Of a DNA stretch of 64,000 bases, positions 1 to 8,004 are shown piece after piece. Origin of the DNA: Candidatus Obscuribacteraceae bacterium (lineage in GTDB: Bacteria > Cyanobacteriota > Vampirovibrionia > Obscuribacterales > Obscuribacteraceae); contig JBGASG010000002.1 of NCBI GenBank assembly GCA_044229845.1, forward strand, positions 448,001 through 512,000. The letters are read 5' to 3'. Every line of letters starts with the position of its first letter. Position 1 is the first letter of the stretch. The notes under the pieces are model-generated. The model saw nothing but the letters and a program-made list of their open reading frames with translations. It did not search any database and was not told the DNA's origin. Made by a program: the position numbers and the translations under genes.

Positions 1-96
1 CGAGCTACATTCATAATTCCGAACGGTAAGCAGTACCTCTGTTGGATCGTGCTGATGCGCAAACGTCCGGAGGCAACGAGATCAAAGTTTGAGTAA
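1..96 (+). CDS. Possible 3' end of an upstream gene (partial, unknown product)
   Basis: Frame 1 is open from base 1 to TAA at 94-96 (RATFIIPNGKQYLCWIVLMRKRPEATRSKFE*), 20 bp before the next start. Too short to identify. Confidence 0.3.
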   Translation, partial: RATFIIPNGKQYLCWIVLMRKRPEATRSKFE

Positions 97-116
97 CTGG
101 CTGACGGAGAAAACTG

Positions 117-1094
117 ATGAAACTTGCCCCTGGAGATCTCGAAAAACGTGTGATCGGGCTGCTCGAAGAGAGAGGATTCGCCGCTGAGGACGCCCGGATC
201 ATCAGCAAGCCAATCATGTGGGCGGTTCTGCATGGCAACAATCAAGGATTGCTCAAGTTCGTCGGGGAGCCGGCGTTGAAAAAAGACCTGACGCAGCGTC
301 CGATTAGCATTCTCAAGGAAACAGCCTGCAGCGCGTGGTTCGATGGTGGCGAGCGCAACGCCATGATCGTAGTACAAGTATTGGTCGATAAAGCAAAGCA
401 GTTGCTCAGGCGAAGCGGTGTCGTCGCGGTTGGCAATCGCGGCACGCAGTCCAGTTGCGGCGCACTTGCATATTTTACGGAGCAATTAGCGAACGACGGC
501 TACATCGCGGTTATGCTTTGCCGTACTCCGCCGACGGTGGCACCGTATGGAACCGTTGAGCCGCTTTTCGGAACAAATCCCATAAGCATCAGTTTTCCGA
601 CTGAGACCCAGCCCATTACATTCGATATGGCTACCGCTGCAATTGCGTGGTATGGACTGATTGAGGCCTCCGCCGCCGGCGAAGAAGTAGACTCCACCGC
701 AGTGATCGATGCGTTGGGCAAGCCGACGTCCGATCCCGACATCGTGCTTGAAGATGGCATGGTTCTGCCGTTTGACCGCGGTCATAAGGGATCGGGATTG
801 GGCATGGCTGTGGAACTGATCGGTGGTCCCCTGCTCGGAGGAGCATTTTGCGAGAACAAAGGTGACTGGGGCAATATTTTGTTTGCAGTAGATCCCGATG
901 CGTTCGCGGGAAAAGACCACTTCAAGAAGGCGTGCAGCGCCATGGTCGAACGCATCAAAGGCGCAAAGACCAGCGCTAAAGAAGGAATAGTGCGATTGCC
1001 TGGCGATCGATCTTCAGCGTTTTACAAGAACTGCCAGCAGTCAGATATCATCGAAGTTCCCGAGTATGTGGCAAAGAAGCTCGGATGGAACTAG
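117..1094 (+). CDS. Ldh_2 family oxidoreductase (malate/L-lactate/ureidoglycolate dehydrogenase type 2)
   Basis: Family motifs FGTNPISISFP, FDMAT, GHKGSGLGMAVELIGGPL and VRLPGD; GGAG RBS upstream. Confidence 0.9.
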   Translation: MKLAPGDLEKRVIGLLEERGFAAEDARIISKPIMWAVLHGNNQGLLKFVGEPALKKDLTQRPISILKETACSAWFDGGERNAMIVVQVLVDKAKQLLRRSGVVAVGNRGTQSSCGALAYFTEQLANDGYIAVMLCRTPPTVAPYGTVEPLFGTNPISISFPTETQPITFDMATAAIAWYGLIEASAAGEEVDSTAVIDALGKPTSDPDIVLEDGMVLPFDRGHKGSGLGMAVELIGGPLLGGAFCENKGDWGNILFAVDPDAFAGKDHFKKACSAMVERIKGAKTSAKEGIVRLPGDRSSAFYKNCQQSDIIEVPEYVAKKLGWN

Positions 1095-1150
1095 GCAAGG
1101 TCGGATGAACTAGGCAAGGTCGGATGAACTAGGCAAGGTCGGATGAACTA
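1081..1150. repeat. 19-bp tandem repeat TCGGATGAACTAGGCAAGG (about 3.6 copies)
   Basis: Copies at 1081-1100 (1-bp insertion), 1101-1119, 1120-1138 and a partial copy at 1139-1150; no spacers. Confidence 0.95.
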
Positions 1151-2212
1151 CAAGACTTCAGCAAGATTAAGAAAAGCCGACTTCAACTCCTCCACAGTTT
1201 GATACCGTTTGCGGGGATCGGGCTCCAGCGTGCGAGCCACCATCATCTCAAGTTGGTGCGAAAACGTCAGTCCTGCGCGCACAGATTGGAGGGAGGGAGC
1301 CCGTTGCGAGATTCGCTGGTACATCGTCTCCATCGCGTTCTTGCCCTTCAAGGGAGTCACTCCCGTCAACGTTTCGAACAGCATGCAACCCAGCGCATAG
1401 ACCTCCGAGCGGCAATCGGCTTCTTCGCCATTGAACTGTTCCGGGCTCATGTAGAGAGGGCTACCAAATATTTCGCCCGGCTGAGTGAGGTGCTGCACGA
1501 GCGTTATCTGTTCGGAATTCCAGGTCTGTCCGGTCGCCAGTGTCTTCAATGTGGAGGCGCTGGTCGGACAAATTTCTCCGGTCGTTTTGCATACCCGTGC
1601 AATTCCAAAGTCCACAATCTTGGCACGCTCACAGTCGTTGTCCACGAGCATAATGTTGCTCGGCTTGATATCGCGATGAACGACGTTGGCTGCGTGAGCA
1701 TAGCTCAATCCGGATAAAACTCCCAAGAACACAGACCTGCAATTGGAAAACGACAGCGTCCCCCGCTCTTGAAGAAGATCGGATAAACTCTCCCCCTCCA
1801 GATATTCCATGACAATATAGGGTTCTTTGGTCTTCGTGAAACCAAAGTCAATAACTGCCACCACGTTCGGGTGCCTTAGACCCAGTGCTACTTGTGCTTC
1901 TCGTTCGAACCGCTGACGGTTGACCTCGTTGTCGCGCATGTTGTTGTGCATCAACTTGACTGCACACGATTCTTGAGTTTGCTGATCCAGCGCTTTGAAC
2001 ACTCTGCCCATGCCACCTTCGCCGACCGCCTCAAGGAGTCTGTATCGATCGCCTAAGGTGCTCCCGGGCTTGATGGTGTGAAGGGCAGGCAGATTAAGTG
2101 CCGGCGCGGCATTCGCGGCGGGCTGTCCTTTCTCGTCCCCGGACTTGGTGATGACGGTCCTGTCGAGTGTGCCGGCATGATCGCCCACATCAGGCCCTCC
2201 ATTGAAGTCCAT
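1148..2212 (-). CDS. Hanks-type Ser/Thr protein kinase (soluble, kinase domain only)
   Basis: GEGGMGRV, AVK, HRDIKPSN, DFG and GSPLYMSPE motifs. Start moved to ATG 2212 behind a GAGGAG RBS. Confidence 0.95.
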   Translation of the reverse strand: MDFNGGPDVGDHAGTLDRTVITKSGDEKGQPAANAAPALNLPALHTIKPGSTLGDRYRLLEAVGEGGMGRVFKALDQQTQESCAVKLMHNNMRDNEVNRQRFEREAQVALGLRHPNVVAVIDFGFTKTKEPYIVMEYLEGESLSDLLQERGTLSFSNCRSVFLGVLSGLSYAHAANVVHRDIKPSNIMLVDNDCERAKIVDFGIARVCKTTGEICPTSASTLKTLATGQTWNSEQITLVQHLTQPGEIFGSPLYMSPEQFNGEEADCRSEVYALGCMLFETLTGVTPLKGKNAMETMYQRISQRAPSLQSVRAGLTFSHQLEMMVARTLEPDPRKRYQTVEELKSAFLNLAEVL

Positions 2213-2346
2213 ATCACTCTCCTCGCCAAGATACTCAATACAGGAGGATCGCATCGCAGGCGTGTCAAATTTGTGTAGTCCCAGGTAGGGTTCCCCAAAA
2301 CCGTTACGAAAAGATGAGATGGCTGCCCGGGTGGGCGCTTGCTTGG

Positions 2347-3687
2347 CTAGTGAATATGGATGTTCGCGGTTTTGCGATACTCTTCCATTTTTTCCCAGTC
2401 GAGAGTCACCTCGGGTTTGTTCTTGACCAGCTCGTTCCAGGTGACATGCGGGCGTCCGGTGTCAACTTCGGTCATGATGATGCAATCATCGACCGGGCAC
2501 ACGCTGGCGCACAGTGCGCAGCCGACACAATCTTCTTCGCGGACAACCGGCTGAAGCCGTTCGGCAGGATTGCCGTTCCACTGCATTGACTTGAGATCGA
2601 TGCACTGGTGCGCCGCGTCGTTGCAGGCGATGTAGCAGAGATTGCAGTGAATGCACTTGTCCGGGTTGATGCGAGCAACGGTCTGGAAGCCGAGATCGAA
2701 GTCGCCAAATCCTGAGACGCGCGGCACCGCTTTGCCGATGAAGTCTTTGGGGGTTTTGAACCCCTTCTCGTCCATCCAGTTTTCCATACCCTCGATCATG
2801 TCATCTACGATACGGAAGCCCCAGTGCATAACGGCGGTACAGACCTGAACGGAGGTAGACCCAAGCAGCATGAATTCCACTGCATCGCGCCAGGTTTCGA
2901 TACCACCGATGCCGGAGATCGGCAGCCCCGCTTTTTGCACTTCCAGATCGGCCGCGACGGCGCTCACCATATGCAGTGCAATCGGCTTGACCGCCTGACC
3001 GGCATAACCACCGTGTCCGCCTTTGCCGCCGACGTTCGGCTTCAGCGTAAAGTCATCGAGGTCGACACCCATGATGCTGTTGATGGTGTTGATCAGTGAC
3101 AGACCGTTAGCCCGCCCTTTGACGGCGGCGCGCGCCGGCACCACAATGTCAGTGATGTTCGGAGTCAATTTGACGATCACCGGCTTGGTGGCAACATCCA
3201 TCACCCATTCGGTGACCATGCATGTGTACTCGGGCACCTGTCCCATCGCCGATCCCATGCCGCGTTCCGACATGCCGTGCGGACAACCGAAGTTCAACTC
3301 GAAGCCGTCTGCTCCGGTCTCTTCCACACGCTTGACGATGTCTTGCCAGGCTTCTTTTTTAGACTCCACCATCACCGAAACGATAACAGCGTGATTCGGG
3401 AAGTTCCGTTTGACTTCAGCGATTTCTCGCAAGTTGAGATCGATCGGTCGATCGCTGATCAATTCAACGTTGTTCAATCCGATGATCTTCGAACCTTTGT
3501 AGTCGATGGTGCCGTAGCGGTTACATACGTTCAACACCGGCGCGCCGATGGTCTTCCACACGGCACCGCCCCAACCCTGGTCGAAAGCCTTCTGGACCTG
3601 ATACGCGGAATTCGCGGGCGGAGCCGATGCCAGCCAGAAAGGGTTGGGAGATTTGATACCGCAAAAGTCAATTTCAAGATTTGCCAT
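2347..3687 (-). CDS. preA: NAD-dependent dihydropyrimidine dehydrogenase subunit PreA
   Basis: NPFWLASAPP, GWGGAVWKT, ELNFGCPHGMSERGMG and two C-terminal 4Fe-4S motifs (CIHCNLC, CVGCALC). Confidence 0.95.
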   Translation of the reverse strand: MANLEIDFCGIKSPNPFWLASAPPANSAYQVQKAFDQGWGGAVWKTIGAPVLNVCNRYGTIDYKGSKIIGLNNVELISDRPIDLNLREIAEVKRNFPNHAVIVSVMVESKKEAWQDIVKRVEETGADGFELNFGCPHGMSERGMGSAMGQVPEYTCMVTEWVMDVATKPVIVKLTPNITDIVVPARAAVKGRANGLSLINTINSIMGVDLDDFTLKPNVGGKGGHGGYAGQAVKPIALHMVSAVAADLEVQKAGLPISGIGGIETWRDAVEFMLLGSTSVQVCTAVMHWGFRIVDDMIEGMENWMDEKGFKTPKDFIGKAVPRVSGFGDFDLGFQTVARINPDKCIHCNLCYIACNDAAHQCIDLKSMQWNGNPAERLQPVVREEDCVGCALCASVCPVDDCIIMTEVDTGRPHVTWNELVKNKPEVTLDWEKMEEYRKTANIHIH

Positions 3688-3708
3688 TTTCTTCGTTCCT
3701 TTTCTGGC

Positions 3709-5121
3709 TTACTTAGCCGGCGTCAAGACTGGTTGCAAGCGATCTTCATTCGGCGACGGTGAGCCGAGCAGCGCTCTATGAATCGAGGCGGCGGCGATTT
3801 TGCCGTCTTGCACTGCCATCACAGTCGAGGCTTCACCCTTGCTGCGTACACAATCGCCGCCGGCCCAGATTTTGGCGTGGGCGGTTTTGCAGCCGGCATC
3901 CACATCAAGATAGCCTTTGGTGGTTGTGATGCCGTATTGCTTCAAACGTTCGATAGCGTCGCTGAATTTCTTCTGTCCGATGGCTTTGATCACTTGATCG
4001 CAAGGCAGCACGAATTCAGAATTGGGGACGGGAACCGGCGACCGGCGTCCCGAGGCATCCGGCTCGCCGAGGTCCATGCGAATGCACTTCAGACCTTCGA
4101 CCTTGCCGTTACCGACGACTTCCACCGGCTGAGTCAAGAACGAGAAGCTCACACCTTCACCCAACGCGAACTCATACTCGAAGTGGTATGCCGGCATCTC
4201 AGCTTCGGAGCGGCGATAAACCATCGTCACGCGATCCGCGCCCAGTCGGCGAGCAATTGTAGCGCAGTCGATGGCGGTGTTGCCGGCGCCGATGATGCAC
4301 ACACGCTGTCCGTACTTTATCTGGTCGAGCGGCATCACTTTCGTTTCTTCGATGAATACCAGGCCGTCCACGACACCCGGCAGGTCTTCTCCCGGAATTT
4401 CCATGTCGGGAACAGCGCCCAGACCCATGGCCACGAAAACTGCATCGTAAGCGTCGACGATTTCTTCGAACATGATGTCTTTGCCGACTGTCATGTTTGT
4501 TTTGATTTTGACGCCCAGCTCCTCAATCAGTTTCACTTCGGCAAGACTGACTTCCACGGGCTCGCGGAAGACCACGATGCCGTAAGTGCTCAGTCCGCCT
4601 GCCATGTCTTTGCGCTCGATGACAGTTACGTCAAAGCCCAACTTAGCCAGTTCGCCGGCGCAAGACAATCCGGCGGGACCGGCTCCGATAACCGCAACCT
4701 TCTTGCCATTCGGTTTGCCTTGCTGGAAGAACTTCAGTTTCTTGTCGGCCGCATAATCCATGGCGTATCGCTGCAAGCGGCCAATCATGATCGGCTTTTC
4801 CATGTCGTGTTTGACGACGCAGGCACCTTCGCAGAGTTCTTCGACCGGACAGACACGGGCGCAGGTGGCAGCCATCAAGTTCGATTCGAGAATGGTTTTC
4901 GCCGAACCCTTGACGTTGCCAGTGGATATTTTGCGAATAAAGGTCGGAATATCGATGTGTGTCGGGCACGCCACCATGCACGGTGCATCATGGCAGTAGA
5001 GACAGCGATTTGCCTCGACGGTTGCTTCGCGCTCGCTCAACGGCGCGTAATACTCTTTGAAGCGCTCTTCAAGAGTCAGTTCCCACGGTTTGTAGTGAAC
5101 CGGTTTGAAATGCTCGGCCAT
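3709..5121 (-). CDS. preT: Dihydropyrimidine dehydrogenase subunit PreT (GltD-like flavoprotein)
   Basis: RCLYCHDAPC..CP, GAGPAG and GAGNTAID motifs; directly upstream of preA. Confidence 0.92.
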   Translation of the reverse strand: MAEHFKPVHYKPWELTLEERFKEYYAPLSEREATVEANRCLYCHDAPCMVACPTHIDIPTFIRKISTGNVKGSAKTILESNLMAATCARVCPVEELCEGACVVKHDMEKPIMIGRLQRYAMDYAADKKLKFFQQGKPNGKKVAVIGAGPAGLSCAGELAKLGFDVTVIERKDMAGGLSTYGIVVFREPVEVSLAEVKLIEELGVKIKTNMTVGKDIMFEEIVDAYDAVFVAMGLGAVPDMEIPGEDLPGVVDGLVFIEETKVMPLDQIKYGQRVCIIGAGNTAIDCATIARRLGADRVTMVYRRSEAEMPAYHFEYEFALGEGVSFSFLTQPVEVVGNGKVEGLKCIRMDLGEPDASGRRSPVPVPNSEFVLPCDQVIKAIGQKKFSDAIERLKQYGITTTKGYLDVDAGCKTAHAKIWAGGDCVRSKGEASTVMAVQDGKIAAASIHRALLGSPSPNEDRLQPVLTPAK

Positions 5122-5156
5122 TAACGTTTCCTCTTTGGCTCAATAAAGAAGAGAAG

Positions 5157-5200
5157 CAAAATGGGGCGAGGGTTACTTTTGAGTGGGTACCCTCGCCCCC
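5157..5200 (-). terminator. Stem-loop between the hydrolase gene and preT (terminator-like or mRNA-stabilising)
   Basis: GGGGCGAGGGT (5163-5173) pairs with ACCCTCGCCCC (5189-5199); followed on the minus strand by ATTTTG. Confidence 0.6.
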
Positions 5201-5213
5201 TGAACTTTCGAAT

Positions 5214-6101
5214 TTAGAGTCTTACAAGTTGATCGTAAGTCTCTGGTCGGCGGTCACGGTAGAACTGCCAGGTGTTGCGGACTTCGGAGATCTCGTCGAG
5301 ATCCAGATCCGCCACCAGCAGCTCTTCTTTGTCGCGGCTGGCCTGTGCCACCAGTTTGCCGCGCGGATTGCAGAAATAGCTGGAGCCGTAAAACTCGCCG
5401 ATACCCCAGGGCGCTTCAGTGCCGATGCGGTTGATGGCACCGATGAAATAACCGTTGGCAGCGGCGTGCGCCGGCTGTTCCAGTTGCCAGAGATACTCGG
5501 AAAGACCGGCTACGGTCGCCGAAGGATTGAAGACAATTTCCGCTCCGTTCAGTCCCAGGGCACGCGCTCCTTCCGGGAAGTGGCGGTCATAGCAGATGTA
5601 GACGCCGACTTTGGCATAGCGAGTTTCGAAAACCGGATAACCGAGATTGCCTGGACGGAAGTAGAACTTCTCCCAGAAACCGGGGTTAACTTGCGGGATG
5701 TGGCTCTTCCTGTACTTGCCGAGGTATTTGCCGTCGGCATCGATGACAGCGGCGGTGTTGTAGTAGACGCCGGTCTGTTCCTTTTCATACATAGGAACGA
5801 TCAATACCATGCTGTACTTCTTAGCCAGCTCTTCCATTTTCTTGACGGTGGGACCGTTGGGAATTTCTTCCGCCAGGTCATACCAGCAAGGATTCTGTTC
5901 GGCGCAGAAGTACGGTCCGTTGAACAACTCTTGGAAGCAAAGGATCTGCACGCCCTTCTCAGATGCTTCCTTCACGTACTTTTCGTGCTTCGCGAGCATG
6001 GCGTCCGCGATCTTCTTGATGGTGGTTTTGTCGGTTCCACCGGCCGGGCTGACGACTTCGTTCTTCGCTTGAATCAAGCCGCAACGAATATTATTTGCCA
6101 T
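5214..6101 (-). CDS. Beta-ureidopropionase-like carbon-nitrogen hydrolase (nitrilase superfamily)
   Basis: Glu-Lys-Cys triad (FQELF, YRKSHIP, ICYDRHFPE) and C-terminal WQFYRDRRP; context with preTA. Start ATG 6101 behind AAGGAG. Confidence 0.9.
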   Translation of the reverse strand: MANNIRCGLIQAKNEVVSPAGGTDKTTIKKIADAMLAKHEKYVKEASEKGVQILCFQELFNGPYFCAEQNPCWYDLAEEIPNGPTVKKMEELAKKYSMVLIVPMYEKEQTGVYYNTAAVIDADGKYLGKYRKSHIPQVNPGFWEKFYFRPGNLGYPVFETRYAKVGVYICYDRHFPEGARALGLNGAEIVFNPSATVAGLSEYLWQLEQPAHAAANGYFIGAINRIGTEAPWGIGEFYGSSYFCNPRGKLVAQASRDKEELLVADLDLDEISEVRNTWQFYRDRRPETYDQLVRL

Positions 6102-6147
6102 GTTGTGCCTTTCTCCTTGAACACATTTATTGGTCTGAGTAGATTGA

Positions 6148-7461
6148 TTATTTGCGTCCCGCACCAACGGCGGTGACAGATTCCAGTGCCTGACGCATCA
6201 CCTTCAAGGTCTGGTCGACATTCTCTTTATTGATATTGAGCGCCGGCTTGATGCGAATGACGTTGCCGTAGAGGCCGCCTTTTCCGAGGATGACACCATT
6301 GTCTTTGGCGAATTCCACGATTTTGGCGGTCTCTTCAACCAGCGGCGTCTTCTTCTCATCGGCGATTTCAACGCCGAGCATCAGCCCCTTGCCGCGAATG
6401 TCGGCCATGATCGGGAACGTCTTGGCCAGATCCTTGAGCCCTTCGACGAAGTAGTCACCGATCTTCTTGGCGTTCTCCATCAGTTTTTCTTCTTCGATGA
6501 CTTCCAGCACGGCAAGCGCTGTGGCGCTGGAAACCGGGTTGCCTCCGAAGGTGTTGATCACTGATTTCTGTCCCGCTTTGGCGATATCAGGGGTGGTGAT
6601 ATAGGCACCAATCGGCAGACCGTTGCCCAAGCCTTTAGCCATGGTCATGAAATCCGGCTGCACTCCATAGCTGGAGATGCCGAACATATGTGTGCCAGTG
6701 CGTCCGAAACCGGTCTGCACTTCGTCGGCGATGAAGAGAACACCATACTTGTCGAGAATCTGTTTAACCTCTTTGAAGTACGGTTCAGGCGGTGTGATCG
6801 TGCCGCCCACGCCCTGGATCGGCTCGGCAATGAAGACTGCCGGCTGCCCGCTGGTAGCCGTTTGAATCACGCGCTCCACTTCTTTAGCGCACTCGAGATT
6901 GCAGTTGTCCGGTGTCTTTTTGAACGGGCAACGGTAGCAGTAAGCGTTGGCCACGTGCACGACGCTGGCGGCACCGGGCACCGGATAACGATAGCCTTGC
7001 ACCGCGGTTAGTGTCGAAGCCAGGTGCGACTGACCATGATAGGCATGCTGGAGAGCCATGACTTCATGTCTGCCGCTAGCCATTTTGGCCATCAGGATAG
7101 CGCCTTCATTGGCTTCGGTGCCGGAGTTGGTGATGTACGACTTGCTCAGATCGCCGGGTGTTATCTGGGCGAGCTTCTCGGCCAAGTCGACCATCGGCTG
7201 GGTCATGAAGACGGTGGACGTATGTTGCAGGGTCTGCAACTGGTCGACAGTCGCCTTGGTGACTTTCGGGTGGCAGTGCCCAACGCTGACTGTGACGATG
7301 CCGGCAAACATATCGAGATACTCTTTGCCTTCGTCGTCATAGAGAAACTGAGCCTTGCCGCGCACGAAATGCGGTGGGTTGCTGTACAGCTGTTTGACAC
7401 CGGGGATGACGTATTTCTCGCGTTTCTTCTTCAGTTCTTCGCGGCTAAGTGTTGCGGTCAC
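6148..7461 (-). CDS. Class III PLP aminotransferase (likely beta-alanine/beta-aminoisobutyrate:pyruvate, AGXT2-like)
   Basis: NSGTEANE, AEPIQGVGG, DEVQTGFGRTG, MAKGLGNG and TFGGNP. GTG start at 7461 behind GGAGGA. Confidence 0.9.
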   Translation of the reverse strand: MTATLSREELKKKREKYVIPGVKQLYSNPPHFVRGKAQFLYDDEGKEYLDMFAGIVTVSVGHCHPKVTKATVDQLQTLQHTSTVFMTQPMVDLAEKLAQITPGDLSKSYITNSGTEANEGAILMAKMASGRHEVMALQHAYHGQSHLASTLTAVQGYRYPVPGAASVVHVANAYCYRCPFKKTPDNCNLECAKEVERVIQTATSGQPAVFIAEPIQGVGGTITPPEPYFKEVKQILDKYGVLFIADEVQTGFGRTGTHMFGISSYGVQPDFMTMAKGLGNGLPIGAYITTPDIAKAGQKSVINTFGGNPVSSATALAVLEVIEEEKLMENAKKIGDYFVEGLKDLAKTFPIMADIRGKGLMLGVEIADEKKTPLVEETAKIVEFAKDNGVILGKGGLYGNVIRIKPALNINKENVDQTLKVMRQALESVTAVGAGRK

Positions 7462-7575
7462 AGTTCCTCCTTCACACGCTCTCTGCTGCACACACGACAG
7501 CATCCAGCAGCATGCATCGAGCACACACTGGTGAGAATCGAAAGGCTATTGAGCAGCCTTCAAACAAGTTTACAA

Positions 7576-7605
7576 ATAGTACTCATCTGTATATATAGGC
7601 GTCAA
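7576..7605 (-). promoter_or_regulatory. Putative sigma70 promoter of the pyrimidine catabolic operon
   Basis: Minus strand TTGACG-N18-TACTAT, about 110 bp upstream of the GTG start. Confidence 0.55.
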
Positions 7606-7779
7606 GAAACTCTGATTAATGCTTACTAACCTGGAGTCCCGCCGACGGCGCGCGCCGCCGCTTGGTATCGGATGTGGTATCAGAACCGGCGGTTTTATCC
7701 ATTCTCCTTGATACCGGACTGCGCACCGCTCAAAAATGTGTAGGCAAACGTTACCTTGCCTATAAATTTTCGCGATTTC

Positions 7780-7809
7780 TTGACACTGGCGAGACTCGAC
7801 TGTTACGAT
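7780..7809 (+). promoter_or_regulatory. Putative sigma70 promoter of tRNA-Lys
   Basis: TTGACA-N18-TACGAT with an extended -10 TG, 25 bp before the tRNA. Confidence 0.7.
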
Positions 7810-7834
7810 GAGAATTCGCGTTTTAAGCGGGTTT

Positions 7835-7907
7835 GCGCCCGTAGCTCAGTTGGTAGAGCACTCGGCTTTTAACCGATTGGTCCTGCGTTCGAGTCGCAGC
7901 GGGCGCA
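7835..7907 (+). tRNA. tRNA-Lys(TTT), CCA not encoded
   Basis: Acceptor stem GCGCCCG/CGGGCGC, D-arm AGCTCAGTTGGTAGAGC, anticodon loop CTTTTAA (TTT at 7868-7870), T-arm CTGCG-TTCGAGT-CGCAG. Confidence 0.97.
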
Positions 7908-7915
7908 AAGTGTCT

Positions 7916-7953
7916 GAGAAGGAGGCAGAATTATTCTGCCTCCTCTCTTTTTT
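7916..7953 (+). terminator. Rho-independent terminator after tRNA-Lys
   Basis: GGAGGCAGAA/TTCTGCCTCC stem followed by a T-run. Confidence 0.85.
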
Positions 7954-8004
7954 GAAAAAATTCTGTCTTTATGTGGTATGTAGAGGTGTCGCAAAGCGAA
8001 TCAC

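Noticed and set aside
1081..1150. CRISPR array
   Set aside because: The repeats are directly adjacent with no spacers, the unit is only 19 bp, and there are no cas genes.
3778..6176. Long plus-strand ORFs 3778-5124 (448 aa) and 5229-6176 (315 aa)
   Set aside because: Antisense shadows of preT and the hydrolase, as expected from codon bias; no motifs.
7741..7762. Palindrome TAGGCAA-N8-TTGCCTA, and the AACTAGGCAAGG match at about 56412 to the 19-bp repeat
   Set aside because: Short single matches that could arise by chance; no supporting pattern.
7835..7960. tRNA-anchored genomic island or attL site
   Set aside because: No integrase, no second copy of the tRNA 3' end noticed in the window, and no obvious composition shift.
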